From NCBI GenBank assembly GCA_036170655.1, contig JAVHPP010000145.1:1-30159 (forward strand): a stretch of 30,159 nt of DNA. Reading direction: 5' to 3'. A program made the translations under genes and the position numbers. This DNA is from Candidatus Zixiibacteriota bacterium (GTDB taxonomy: Bacteria > Zixibacteria > MSB-5A5 > WJJR01). The notes under the pieces are model-generated. The model made no database searches. It saw nothing but the letters and a program-made list of their open reading frames with translations, and was not told where the DNA came from. This document shows, piece by piece, positions 20,634 to 29,591 of the stretch; position 1 is the first letter of the stretch; each line of letters begins with the position of its first letter.

Positions 20634-21318
20634 GTTTCTCTCCCTCGGTGAGGTAAAAGACCTTCGGCCGCGTGCCCAGATCTTCGAGGAGCGTAAATGC
20701 CCGAACCGAATGCGCCAGCCGGGAGACCGCCGAATAGGGATTGTCGAGATCGCCAAACGCGATCGCCTTGGCCGGGCACACCTCCTGGCAGGCCGTGGTG
20801 TAATCACCCTCGGCGATCTCGCGGTTTTCGGCCGCCAGATTCTCACGGACGCGGACGAGCCGGTGAGCACAGAACGAGCACTTCTCGACCACACCTTTGG
20901 GACGCAGGGATACGTCTGGATTCAGGTACTTCTTCTCCTCATCACGCCGGCTCGGCGGATACCAATTGAAGTACTTCGCGCTGTAGGGACATCCGGCCAC
21001 ACAATACCGGCAGCCGATACAACGCGCATAGATCTGCGCAACAAGACCTTCGTCGTTCTTGTAGGTGGCCCCCACCGGACACACCTTCGTGCATGGCGGA
21101 TTCTCGCATTGGAAGCAGGGACGGGGAAGAATCCGCTTCGTGATGCTCGGGTATTCCCCTTCTGTAATCGTCAGCATGTCCATCCAGAAGATTGAACGCC
21201 CTTCACCGGCCAGGGCCGGACCAGCCGCTGGAATGTTGTTTTCTTCGCGGCAGACCGCCATGCAGGATCCGCATGCGGTGCACTTGTCCAAATCAATGAC
21301 CATTCCCCAACGCGCCAT
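20614..21318 (-). CDS. Four-cluster Fe-S subunit (NrfC/PsrB/QrcC-like)
   Basis: CTACGSC..VC, CFQCENPPC..VCP, CIGCRYC..GCPY, CSFC...C..VCP. Confidence 0.95.
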   Translation of the reverse strand: MARWGMVIDLDKCTACGSCMAVCREENNIPAAGPALAGEGRSIFWMDMLTITEGEYPSITKRILPRPCFQCENPPCTKVCPVGATYKNDEGLVAQIYARCIGCRYCVAGCPYSAKYFNWYPPSRRDEEKKYLNPDVSLRPKGVVEKCSFCAHRLVRVRENLAAENREIAEGDYTTACQEVCPAKAIAFGDLDNPYSAVSRLAHSVRAFTLLEDLGTRPKVFYLTEGEKHGRFKI

Positions 21319-21351
21319 CGTCCGTCACTCTCCTGTCTGCCGATGTTCTTC

Positions 21352-23742
21352 TCACCCAGCCGCGTACACGCGGACCTTCGTCTCGGCCACGGCGGGCACG
21401 CCGCTGAAACACTCCCGCGCCGGGGCCAGAATATCAAAGATATTTTCACCAAAAGCGAAAGTCCCAGATCGCCCAAGACCAGCGGGAATGGCGGCAACCC
21501 CCGGCACCAGCCCCGGATTGAGCTGCAATGGCAACTGCTTTCTTCCGTATGGCGACTCCACCCACACCCTGTCGCCTGGGTTCACTTTCAGCTTCGCGGC
21601 AGTTTCCGGGTTCAATTCAATCCAGCATTGCCATTTGACGTTGTCATAGTAGCCCACCATATCCGCAATCTTTTCGATTCTGGCGCCGTCGCCACGCAAT
21701 GTGGTCAATTCAATCAGATACAAACTCAGATGGTCAGATTCTCCGGGTTTGTCCTCCGGATGCCTGTAGGCCCCCAACATCTGTGCGGAGCCGTTCCCAT
21801 CAAGTCCGGCGCTGGCCAGCGCCCGATTGAGTCTCGCAGGTGACTGATCGAAACGGGTCGCCAGCGACTCGGACCGGAAGTGGAACTTGCCGGATGACGC
21901 GGGGACGCGCTCGGTGTCCGTCTCCTGCTGCGGGGTCGGATCCCACCAACCGCCGGTTGTCTTCAATTGCTCCCAGAACTCCTCGAGGTTCTGATACTCC
22001 TTGCGACGCCACCCGCGCTGCGCCAGCAACGACTCGAAGGAAACCGTGAACTGGTCTGAAAACAGTGTGCCAGCGTCCGACTGGAACAGATCCCTGCTCT
22101 TCGCCATCAGATACGACCGGTAGTTCTCCCACTGCTGCCAGTCACCCGCGAACAGCCGTTTTCCCAGCGCCAGAAACACATCTTCGGACTGGCGCGACTC
22201 GAAGAGCGGCGCGATCACAGGCTGTGTCAGGCTGACGACTGGATGGGAAAACGCCGAGTCCGGAATGACCAAATCATACTTTTCCAAGAACGTGCATTCC
22301 GGCAGAACCAGATCAGCCAGGAGGGATGTCTCATTCTGCAGGCACGTGACCGCGACGGAGAAGGGAATGGCCTGCAACGCCTGCCGAAACCGGTTGGCCT
22401 GCGGTGAATCGTACACCGGGTTGACGTTATTCAAGATGGCAAGATTGATGTGGTACGGAGCGCCGGCCAAAATGCGCTCCGGAAGTGACTCGACGGCTCC
22501 ACGCCCACCCAAGTACGCAAACTGCTCCGTTGAAGCGGAAACGAGAGGCATCGCCGCGCCCTCTTTCAACGGTTCGGTCCGGAAGGGGTACTTGTTGGCC
22601 GGGCCTACACCACCGCGCACTCCCAGTCTGCCAGTGAGGGCATTCAATGCCATCACCGCCCAAGCCTGGTAGGTACCATCGACGGTTCCCGTGACACCTG
22701 CTCCCGGTATTGCGATCGCGCCGGGCGTCGTGGCAAATGTGCGCGCCAGGGAGATGATTTGATCCAGCTGCACACCGGTTTTCTCAGACACATATGCCGG
22801 ATAATAGTTCTTCAGGACAAGACTCTTGAACCCTTCGGTGACGTTTCCCTGACGATCGGTCTCGTCCTCAAAACCGGTGCAAAACTCAGCAACAAAGCGG
22901 GCGTCATACAGTTGCTCTTTGACAATCAGGTAGGCAAGTCCGAGGGCCAGCAACCCGTGGGTTCCGGCCTCGATGGGCACCCAGCGTTCCGCTTTGGCGG
23001 CCGAGGCCGACAGACGTGGGTCAACAACGATGAAACGCCCCTTCTGCCCCTCAGCATCCAGCCATCGGCTGCGCAAGCCCGCGAAGTACACCGGGTTGTT
23101 GCCGCCTTCAAACACCGGATAACCGAAGCAAAGGGCCAGTCGCGCGTTTTCAAGATCATAGGAAATCTCTGCCGGTGTCCCTCCCCAGACTGCCGAACAG
23201 ACTGGCTGGCTGGGATCGGACATCGAGTAGAGATTCGGACTGCCAAAATCAGCCATGAATTTCTGGATCATCTCCCCGCCGGGGCCCTTCTCCCGAGAGT
23301 CGAGCAGGAGCAGTTGCTCCGGTGTTCCGCTCTGCCTCAGTTCGGAAAGTTTATCGGCCAGCATCTGCTCCGCGGTTTCCCACGATACCGGTTTGAACTG
23401 ACCGGAACCACGCGGTCCCGAGCGCATCAGCGGCTGCCTGATCCGGTCGGGGTGAACCAAGAGGGCCATGGCGGCAACGCCCACGGGACAGAGCCCCCCG
23501 CGACTGACCGGGTGAACCGGATTCCCCTGGATTCCGACCGGGATGCCATCGACCCTGCGAATCCGAATGCCGCAACCGCCCGGGCAGGCCCCGCACGTGC
23601 TGCTGATATAATTGGTGAGGAGCGGGCCGCTGTACGGTCCATCTTCATGATAACCGGAGGCGGCCAGCAGGGTATCGAACTGCAGGACCGTGAGGGCGGC
23701 CGTGCACTTCCCCAGCGCTGCCAGAAAATCTCTTCGCTCCAT
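21352..23742 (-). CDS. Molybdopterin-oxidoreductase-fold subunit (QrcB/ActB1-like), Tat-exported
   Basis: MERRDFL Tat motif; CGACPGGC...LC FS0 motif; VVDPR, ADLVLP, C-terminal LNPETAAKL domain. Confidence 0.9.
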   Translation of the reverse strand: MERRDFLAALGKCTAALTVLQFDTLLAASGYHEDGPYSGPLLTNYISSTCGACPGGCGIRIRRVDGIPVGIQGNPVHPVSRGGLCPVGVAAMALLVHPDRIRQPLMRSGPRGSGQFKPVSWETAEQMLADKLSELRQSGTPEQLLLLDSREKGPGGEMIQKFMADFGSPNLYSMSDPSQPVCSAVWGGTPAEISYDLENARLALCFGYPVFEGGNNPVYFAGLRSRWLDAEGQKGRFIVVDPRLSASAAKAERWVPIEAGTHGLLALGLAYLIVKEQLYDARFVAEFCTGFEDETDRQGNVTEGFKSLVLKNYYPAYVSEKTGVQLDQIISLARTFATTPGAIAIPGAGVTGTVDGTYQAWAVMALNALTGRLGVRGGVGPANKYPFRTEPLKEGAAMPLVSASTEQFAYLGGRGAVESLPERILAGAPYHINLAILNNVNPVYDSPQANRFRQALQAIPFSVAVTCLQNETSLLADLVLPECTFLEKYDLVIPDSAFSHPVVSLTQPVIAPLFESRQSEDVFLALGKRLFAGDWQQWENYRSYLMAKSRDLFQSDAGTLFSDQFTVSFESLLAQRGWRRKEYQNLEEFWEQLKTTGGWWDPTPQQETDTERVPASSGKFHFRSESLATRFDQSPARLNRALASAGLDGNGSAQMLGAYRHPEDKPGESDHLSLYLIELTTLRGDGARIEKIADMVGYYDNVKWQCWIELNPETAAKLKVNPGDRVWVESPYGRKQLPLQLNPGLVPGVAAIPAGLGRSGTFAFGENIFDILAPARECFSGVPAVAETKVRVYAAG

Positions 23743-23757
23743 GGTTCCCGTCTTTTC

Positions 23758-24303
23758 CTAAGTGTGGCAGGCGAGGCAGTCAGTACTCGCCCGTCTGTCT
23801 TTGTGACACCCTATACAGAAATTCATATTGATGATGCCGGTGGCCGGCTTGCGAGGTGGCGCTGCCAGCTCCTTCATCTCGCCGTGGCAATTCTGGCACC
23901 CGATCTGGCCCAGCGTCACGTGCCGAAAGTGGGAGAAGTACACATGTTCCGGCAAGACATAGACTCTCTGCCACTTGATCTCCTCACCAGATGACAGCAA
24001 CGCGACCAGCTTTTGTTCCTCTGACGATGAACCTTGAGGTTCGCTATGGCAGCCAGCACAGACCTCGTTTGTGGGCAACGTCGCTTTGCGGTTCTTCACA
24101 ACGTAACGATGGCATTCCACGCAGTCGAGACCCTGATCCACAATATGAATCTTGTGGCTGAATTGGATCGGCTGGGGAGCGGATGACGCCACCGGAACAG
24201 CTTGACTCCGACCACACGCCAGATTCAATGCCAGCGGCACAATGCCCAAGAGCAGGAACCGACCGGCCGCTCTAACGGTTATATTTGTGCTTGATCCGCT
24301 CAT
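23758..24303 (-). CDS. Pentaheme cytochrome c (ActA/QrcA-like), probable lipoprotein
   Basis: QPIQFSHKIH, CVECH, CAGCH, W.RV..LPEHVYFSH..H, CQNCH, CIGCH, CLACH; LNLAC lipobox-like; start approximate. Confidence 0.9.
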   Translation of the reverse strand: MSGSSTNITVRAAGRFLLLGIVPLALNLACGRSQAVPVASSAPQPIQFSHKIHIVDQGLDCVECHRYVVKNRKATLPTNEVCAGCHSEPQGSSSEEQKLVALLSSGEEIKWQRVYVLPEHVYFSHFRHVTLGQIGCQNCHGEMKELAAPPRKPATGIINMNFCIGCHKDRRASTDCLACHT

Positions 24304-24838
24304 AGAATTCCTTGAACTCAAATTCCTTGTAGGCCGGAGAGCGTTTGTTGTGACACTTGACGCATGTCTTTTCATCGGGAATGACCAGCCCTGCATTCAA
24401 AGCCTGTTTGTGCTGTTCTTCACGGCCGCTGGCGTATTTCGCACTCGACATGATCGAGGGAGACTTGTATTCGGAACCCGGTCCATGGCAGGCCTCGCAT
24501 TGGACACCGGCTTCCCGAACGAAGGAGGCGGCAAAATGAGACGTGTCGAGCCCATACCCAGTCACATGGCACTCCACGCATTCCGCCGCCTTTTGGGGAT
24601 CTCCCTTGACCCCGGCCTTGGCCGCCAGCTCTTTCGCCTTGGGCGTGGCCAGTGTCGCATAAGCGTTCGCGTGCTTGGAATGACTCCAGATCTCGTACTG
24701 ATTGACTTGATCCTTGCGGTTATGGCAGATCTTGCACTTCTCCGCCCCCACAAAGCGTGGCGCGGCCTGCACAGGCGCTACGAACGGGAACGACGTCGCC
24801 ACGATCATCACAATGCCCAATTTGACGGCCATTTTCAT
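24272..24838 (-). CDS. Tetraheme cytochrome c554-family protein
   Basis: Signal peptide; FVGAEKCKICH, WSHSKHA, CVECHVTG, GVQCEACHGPGS, CVKCH. Confidence 0.92.
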   Translation of the reverse strand: MKMAVKLGIVMIVATSFPFVAPVQAAPRFVGAEKCKICHNRKDQVNQYEIWSHSKHANAYATLATPKAKELAAKAGVKGDPQKAAECVECHVTGYGLDTSHFAASFVREAGVQCEACHGPGSEYKSPSIMSSAKYASGREEQHKQALNAGLVIPDEKTCVKCHNKRSPAYKEFEFKEFYERIKHKYNR

Positions 24839-25224
24839 CGGACTTTCCTCCTTAGTTGTGTCTCGATCGCTCCCGACAGCGCCTCCGTCAGCTCACTGTC
24901 AGTGAACGGCCTTGTCAGGTAGTAATAGAGCCCCGAACGTCTCAGTTCCTTTTCCAGTTCCAACGGTTTCTCGTCCGACACGGCGACAATCAATAACTCT
25001 GGGACTATTTGCTTCATGATGCGAATCGCGTCAGTCACGCTGATGTCGCCCACGGTGCTAAAGGCGTAAAGAAGGACAACCGTGAACTTGCCACGGGCGA
25101 GATCCTCGAGCGCTTTCTTGTATGTGGTGGTCTCGCAAACTCCAGCCCCCCTCTCCGCCAAAACACGCTCGACCAAAGACCTCTCCGATGCTGGGATCTG
25201 CTCTGCGATAAGTAGTATGTCCAC
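24835..25224 (-). CDS. Stand-alone atypical receiver-domain protein
   Basis: CheY-like pattern (ILLI, VVLL, IVAVS, GLYYYLTRPF) with Tyr at the phospho-Asp position; GTG start with GAGGAGG SD. Confidence 0.75.
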   Translation of the reverse strand: MDILLIAEQIPASERSLVERVLAERGAGVCETTTYKKALEDLARGKFTVVLLYAFSTVGDISVTDAIRIMKQIVPELLIVAVSDEKPLELEKELRRSGLYYYLTRPFTDSELTEALSGAIETQLRRKVR

Positions 25225-25249
25225 AGCACCTCCTCACGGCACTGTGCGT

Positions 25250-25266
25250 ATCAAGTTTCATGCCAA
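25250..25266 (-). promoter_or_regulatory. Candidate sigma-54 promoter TTGGCATGAAACTTGAT
   Basis: -24 TGGCA with correct spacing to TTG(A); -12 GA instead of GC; 26 nt upstream of the first operon gene and just downstream of a bEBP gene. Confidence 0.65.
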
Positions 25267-25406
25267 TCTCGGATTCGCCACTCAAGATTCATGGCGACAC
25301 ACAACCCATTGACAGGTGCGACGTTAGATATGAAACTGATGGGAACGACTAATCTGGGGAATCCCTCAAGAACAGAACCGCACCAAAACGGGATACCAGT
25401 GGGGCA

Positions 25407-26759
25407 TTATTCCCCACGATCGCTCTGCGCGAGTCGCCGCAGGATTGTCTTTCGATCGATCTTGAGGATTCTTGACGCCAGTTGCTTATTGCCGCCGGTT
25501 TTCTCGAGGACCCATGAGATGTAGGCCTCTTCCAGTTCATCGAGTGTTGGGAACTCGTCATGGCCCAATGAGCGAAGAATGGCCTTCAGCGGCGACACGT
25601 TCCGCGGCAGGTCACCGATTTCGATCGTATCACCCTCGGCCAGCAAGACGGATCGTTCAACGAGGTTGCGCAGTTCACGAACATTGCCTGGCCAGTCATG
25701 CCGTGTCAGCGATTGAAGCGCGGCATCGGAGAAGTGTCTGTCGGCATCCCCCGACCGTCGCAGATCCGTCAGAAAATGATCGATGAGCACCGGAATGTCC
25801 TCCGAGTGGTCTCTCAAAGGCGGAAGGAGGATACTGACCACGTTGATACGATAGTACAAGTCCTCGCGGAACTCTCCCTTGCGAACCATTTCCTGGAGGT
25901 CCCGGTTCGTAGCGGCAAGCAAGCGCACATCGACGCTGATTCGCTCGTTTCCCCCCACCCGGCGGAAAGATTTGGTTTCCACCACTCGGAGTAACTTGAC
26001 TTGGAGCGCCGATGGCAAGTCCCCGATTTCATCAAGAAATACCGTGCCACCGTCCGCGATTTCGAAAATCCCATGTTTCCTCGTCACCGCCCCAGTGAAC
26101 GCGCCGCGTTCGTGACCAAATAACTCTGACTCCAAGAGACTCTCTTTCAGGGCGGTACAGTCCACAATAATGAAGGGCTCATCCCGCCGCGAGGAGTACT
26201 TGTGGATGAGGTTCGCAACCAATTCCTTCCCGGTCCCCGATTCACCACGGATGAGAACGGTGGAGTCGGAGTCGGCAAAGCGGCCAATGAGCGACTTCAC
26301 CTCGAGCATGGCGGGTGAATACCCAATCAGTTCGCCGTCACGCAGGTCGGAGACCCGGCTCTTCAGCATCTGATTGCGTGCGGCCAGACGCCTTTTCTCC
26401 AGGCAGCGCTGCAACACCTGCTCGACCCTGTCCAATTCGACCGGTTTGGTGATGTAGTCATAGGCGCCATTCTTCATGGACGTTATCGCATTCTCGATGG
26501 TCGCGTTGCCGGTGAGCATGATCACATCCGCCGACGGGTACCGAGATCGGATCGCCTCCAGCAGGTGCAATCCATCCGTTCCCGGCATCACGATATCCAA
26601 TATCACAATTTCGATCGCCTGCTCCTGAAGAATGGCGAAGATGTCGCTTCCGTACCCGGGCATCACGTGAAAACCCATCTGGGTTAGTTCATTGGCGAAG
26701 ACTTTCGAGAAGACCGCGTCGTCATCCACCAGCAGAATTCTTGCTTTCTCTTCACTCAT
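25407..26759 (-). CDS. NtrC-family sigma-54-dependent response regulator
   Basis: Receiver (VDDD, LDIVMP, KP), GESGTGKE, GAFTGA, FLDEIG, WPGNVREL, C-terminal HTH. Confidence 0.96.
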   Translation of the reverse strand: MSEEKARILLVDDDAVFSKVFANELTQMGFHVMPGYGSDIFAILQEQAIEIVILDIVMPGTDGLHLLEAIRSRYPSADVIMLTGNATIENAITSMKNGAYDYITKPVELDRVEQVLQRCLEKRRLAARNQMLKSRVSDLRDGELIGYSPAMLEVKSLIGRFADSDSTVLIRGESGTGKELVANLIHKYSSRRDEPFIIVDCTALKESLLESELFGHERGAFTGAVTRKHGIFEIADGGTVFLDEIGDLPSALQVKLLRVVETKSFRRVGGNERISVDVRLLAATNRDLQEMVRKGEFREDLYYRINVVSILLPPLRDHSEDIPVLIDHFLTDLRRSGDADRHFSDAALQSLTRHDWPGNVRELRNLVERSVLLAEGDTIEIGDLPRNVSPLKAILRSLGHDEFPTLDELEEAYISWVLEKTGGNKQLASRILKIDRKTILRRLAQSDRGE

Positions 26760-28629
26760 GCTGACTTGGCACCTCCACAGGGGGGATGGGGAACGACACC
26801 CGGAAACAGGTCCGGCCTTGATAACTCTCCACCACCTTGATAGTTCCGCCGTGGCGTTCGACAATCCCCTGACTGACCGACAAGCCGAGACCGGTACCCA
26901 TTCCCACGGGTTTGGTGGTGAAGAACGGCTCGAAGATCCGCGCGAGGTTGCCTGCGTTGATTCCCGGCCCGTTGTCTGTCACCGTTACCGACACAGAGTC
27001 GGCCTTCGCCTCGGCCGCCATTTGGATCGTCCCACCCATATCCACCGCCTGGATGCTGTTCAAGATCAGATTAACGAACACCTGGACAAGAGAATCCTTT
27101 GAACCGGCGATGAGCGGAATCTGGCCAGCCGGGCTGACAAGCAGTTTGATCTGCTTCTTGCCCGCCTCGAACTGCAGGAGAGACACGCTCTCCTGAAGGA
27201 CCTGGCCAATATCGACCGGCTCCATCGCCGGCGCGGAGGCCGCCGAGTAGTCGAGCAGTTTTTGGGTGATCATTCTGCAGCGTTGAGCGGAACTCTTGAT
27301 GACCTGAAGATATTCGCGCCGACCCTCATCCCAGGCGGCCCGATCCCGCAGCAGGCCTTCTGTGCAGGTCAGGATGGAGGCCATAGGATTGTTGATCTCA
27401 TGCGCGATGCCTGCCGCCAGTCGGCCCACGGTGGCGAGTCTCTCAGACTGATAGACTTGATTTTCCGCCGCAATGCGCGTAGTGACATCCCGGATAACGA
27501 TGATCACCTCGGGCCGGAGCCAGGGCGGCAGCACAAGCCGGCCGACATGGATCTCCAAGTGCTTGTCCTCCTGTCCGGGGCAGCGCAGCTTGAGGACCCC
27601 TTTGACAGCCACATCGGTCTCTTGGGCAGCCGCAATCATCGCCTCGATCTGCGCCAGCCGGTCCAGGGGAGCGCGGGAGAAATCCAGACGCGTCCCTTGC
27701 TCGAGGAAAGACGGAGCGACACCGAGGATCTCGCCCACAGACTTGTTGGCGAACGCGACGACGCCGTCGTCGATAATTAGAATGCCATCGATCAGATTCT
27801 CGATCAGGTTCGCGAGGTAATTACGATGGCCGGCAATCTGGTCGATCGACGTTTTCAAAGCCGTTTTCATGTTGGAGACGCTGTGGGCCAGCGAGGCGAG
27901 CTCATCTTTGCCACTCAGCTCGATGTCGACCGTCAGCTCGTTGGCGGCCACCCGGCGCGCCAGAGACTCGAGGGTGACCACGCGGTTGATCACCTGCCTC
28001 TTAATGTACCAGCGGAGCAACAACATCAGAATCAAGACCGCGATGCCGACCACGGCGGCTGACAGCCGAAGATTGGCGAGAATCTTCGCTCTCGCCGGCT
28101 TCAGTGATCGGTCCATTACTAAGAGGCCATTGTGGACCTTCTGGCTATCGTGGCACCGGTGGCATTCTCGTTTGTTGTCGATCGGCGCCACGACACGCAG
28201 CACTTGATCGCCCTGCACTGTGATAACAGTCCCCAGAACATTGATCGCCCTGCCATCATGGCAATCGCGGCATCCCGCATGATCTTGCTGAAACTGTGTG
28301 CCAATCATGGCCTGATCTGATGCCGCCTTCACGGTGCCCGAAGTATCAAGCAAGAAGACTCTGACGATGTGCGCGTGGCCAGAAACCGTCTCAAAACTGT
28401 GCTGGATGGCCTGCCGGTCCTGGTTGAGCATGGCAATTTCCAAACTGGAGGTCAGCGTCTGACAGAGCGCCTCAGATGATTCTGTCTCCAGGCGCGTCAG
28501 TTCGTGACGATACCAATACGATTGGTAGATCAGGTAGAGACCGAAGATGACCAGAATCGTGGTCGTAACGAAGGCGGCTATCTTAAAGTGCAGACCATGC
28601 GGGATCCCGATGGGAGGGTGGAGATTCAT
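26752..28629 (-). CDS. Sensor histidine kinase with periplasmic di-CxxCH domain, HAMP and PAS-like domains
   Basis: CRDCH and CHRCH between two TMs; [33 protein letters not shown]. Confidence 0.93.
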   Translation of the reverse strand: MNLHPPIGIPHGLHFKIAAFVTTTILVIFGLYLIYQSYWYRHELTRLETESSEALCQTLTSSLEIAMLNQDRQAIQHSFETVSGHAHIVRVFLLDTSGTVKAASDQAMIGTQFQQDHAGCRDCHDGRAINVLGTVITVQGDQVLRVVAPIDNKRECHRCHDSQKVHNGLLVMDRSLKPARAKILANLRLSAAVVGIAVLILMLLLRWYIKRQVINRVVTLESLARRVAANELTVDIELSGKDELASLAHSVSNMKTALKTSIDQIAGHRNYLANLIENLIDGILIIDDGVVAFANKSVGEILGVAPSFLEQGTRLDFSRAPLDRLAQIEAMIAAAQETDVAVKGVLKLRCPGQEDKHLEIHVGRLVLPPWLRPEVIIVIRDVTTRIAAENQVYQSERLATVGRLAAGIAHEINNPMASILTCTEGLLRDRAAWDEGRREYLQVIKSSAQRCRMITQKLLDYSAASAPAMEPVDIGQVLQESVSLLQFEAGKKQIKLLVSPAGQIPLIAGSKDSLVQVFVNLILNSIQAVDMGGTIQMAAEAKADSVSVTVTDNGPGINAGNLARIFEPFFTTKPVGMGTGLGLSVSQGIVERHGGTIKVVESYQGRTCFRVSFPIPPVEVPSQHE

Positions 28630-29150
28630 ACCCGCATGCCTCGATGGCGAGCGGGCCGCCCCAGTGATGCCGGGTCGCTGCCGGCCCTTTGTGGGACTGG
28701 CGCAGCCTGCCGCAGGGTGCCCGAGGCCGCACCTATCTGTCTGTGACCAGCTGCCAACGGGGGGTGTCGAAAAGCGACACGCACGCGAGAGTTCTTGTCA
28801 GTGCGCATGCAGAGTGGCGGAGGACCACGCGACAGCTGTTGCGAAACGGACGCGACTCCCGGCCACTCCCAATATAACTGCCGAATGGGCCTCGTCCACA
28901 GGAAGAGGAAGAATGGGGAATCATTGTGGCCTAGAAAGTCCGATCTGCGTCCAAACCGTGAAATAGAAAGTCCATTTCAGAACGAAAAAACGTGCACACC
29001 CCGCATTGGGCTTGAGCCAGCAACGACAACCCGAAATCGCCTGCCAGCCGCGGTCGCAAGAGACTCAGCCCTCCCTGTCCAGCGCATGCAAGGTATGAGA
29101 CCGACGCGCATCATTGGCCCCACACAGGATAGAAATTCTCGACGCGGATG

Positions 29151-29165
29151 TGAAAACATTTGTCA
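29151..29165. promoter_or_regulatory. Possible Fur-family (Fur/Zur) box TGAAAACATTTGTCA
   Basis: Imperfect 7-1-7 palindrome, 10/14 to TGATAAT-N-ATTATCA, 22 nt before the RAPP ORF. Confidence 0.35.
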
Positions 29166-29187
29166 TGATCGTGCGTATCAGGTACTG

Positions 29188-29463
29188 ATGCGCCGTTCAT
29201 CCGCCCAGAGACTGTGGCTTGTGCTGATTGCACTTCTGGCGGTTTGCTTCTTGACCCTGGCGGCTGCACACAGCCATGCTGGCCACACTGACACACAATG
29301 CTGGTTGTGCGCGGCATCGGTCGGGCATCTCGGGATTCCCGCATTTGCCGGTCTCTTCGTTGCAAGCGCACTCACTATTTCCTCTGTCGAAGTCTGCTGT
29401 TCGGGTCTGGCCACGGTCGAACCCGTCAGCCGCTTGTCGGCACGTGCACCCCCAACAGTCTAG
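29188..29463 (+). CDS. DUF2946-like leader protein (hydrophobic N-terminus, HSHAGH, CWLC, C-terminal RAPP)
   Basis: 91 aa; all three family hallmarks in order; RAPP at 29443-29454, two residues before the stop. Confidence 0.8.
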   Translation: MRRSSAQRLWLVLIALLAVCFLTLAAAHSHAGHTDTQCWLCAASVGHLGIPAFAGLFVASALTISSVEVCCSGLATVEPVSRLSARAPPTV

Positions 29464-29591
29464 ATCTCCCCTGATCGTCAGTTAGCATTATTGGCCGAGT
29501 GACCCTGTGTCAGCGCAGGGCGCCAACTCATTTGTGGCAAAAGGGATTTATGCAAACTCCCAATGGGAGCGCGCTCAAAGAGGGATGGCCC

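Noticed and set aside
20634..20894. N-terminal extension of the NrfD ORF in the track
   Set aside because: Overlaps the Fe-S gene in another frame; the real start is ATG 20633 with SD
22759..23994. Long plus-strand ORFs antisense to real genes (also 13907-14974, 3479-4309)
   Set aside because: Shadow ORFs typical of GC-rich coding DNA
25294..25322. GCGAC repeats as possible bEBP enhancer (similar words near 28774-28856)
   Set aside because: 5-7-bp GC-rich matches are expected by chance
28795..29187. N-terminal 131 codons of track ORF 28795-29463
   Set aside because: No protein-like features; family architecture begins at ATG 29188
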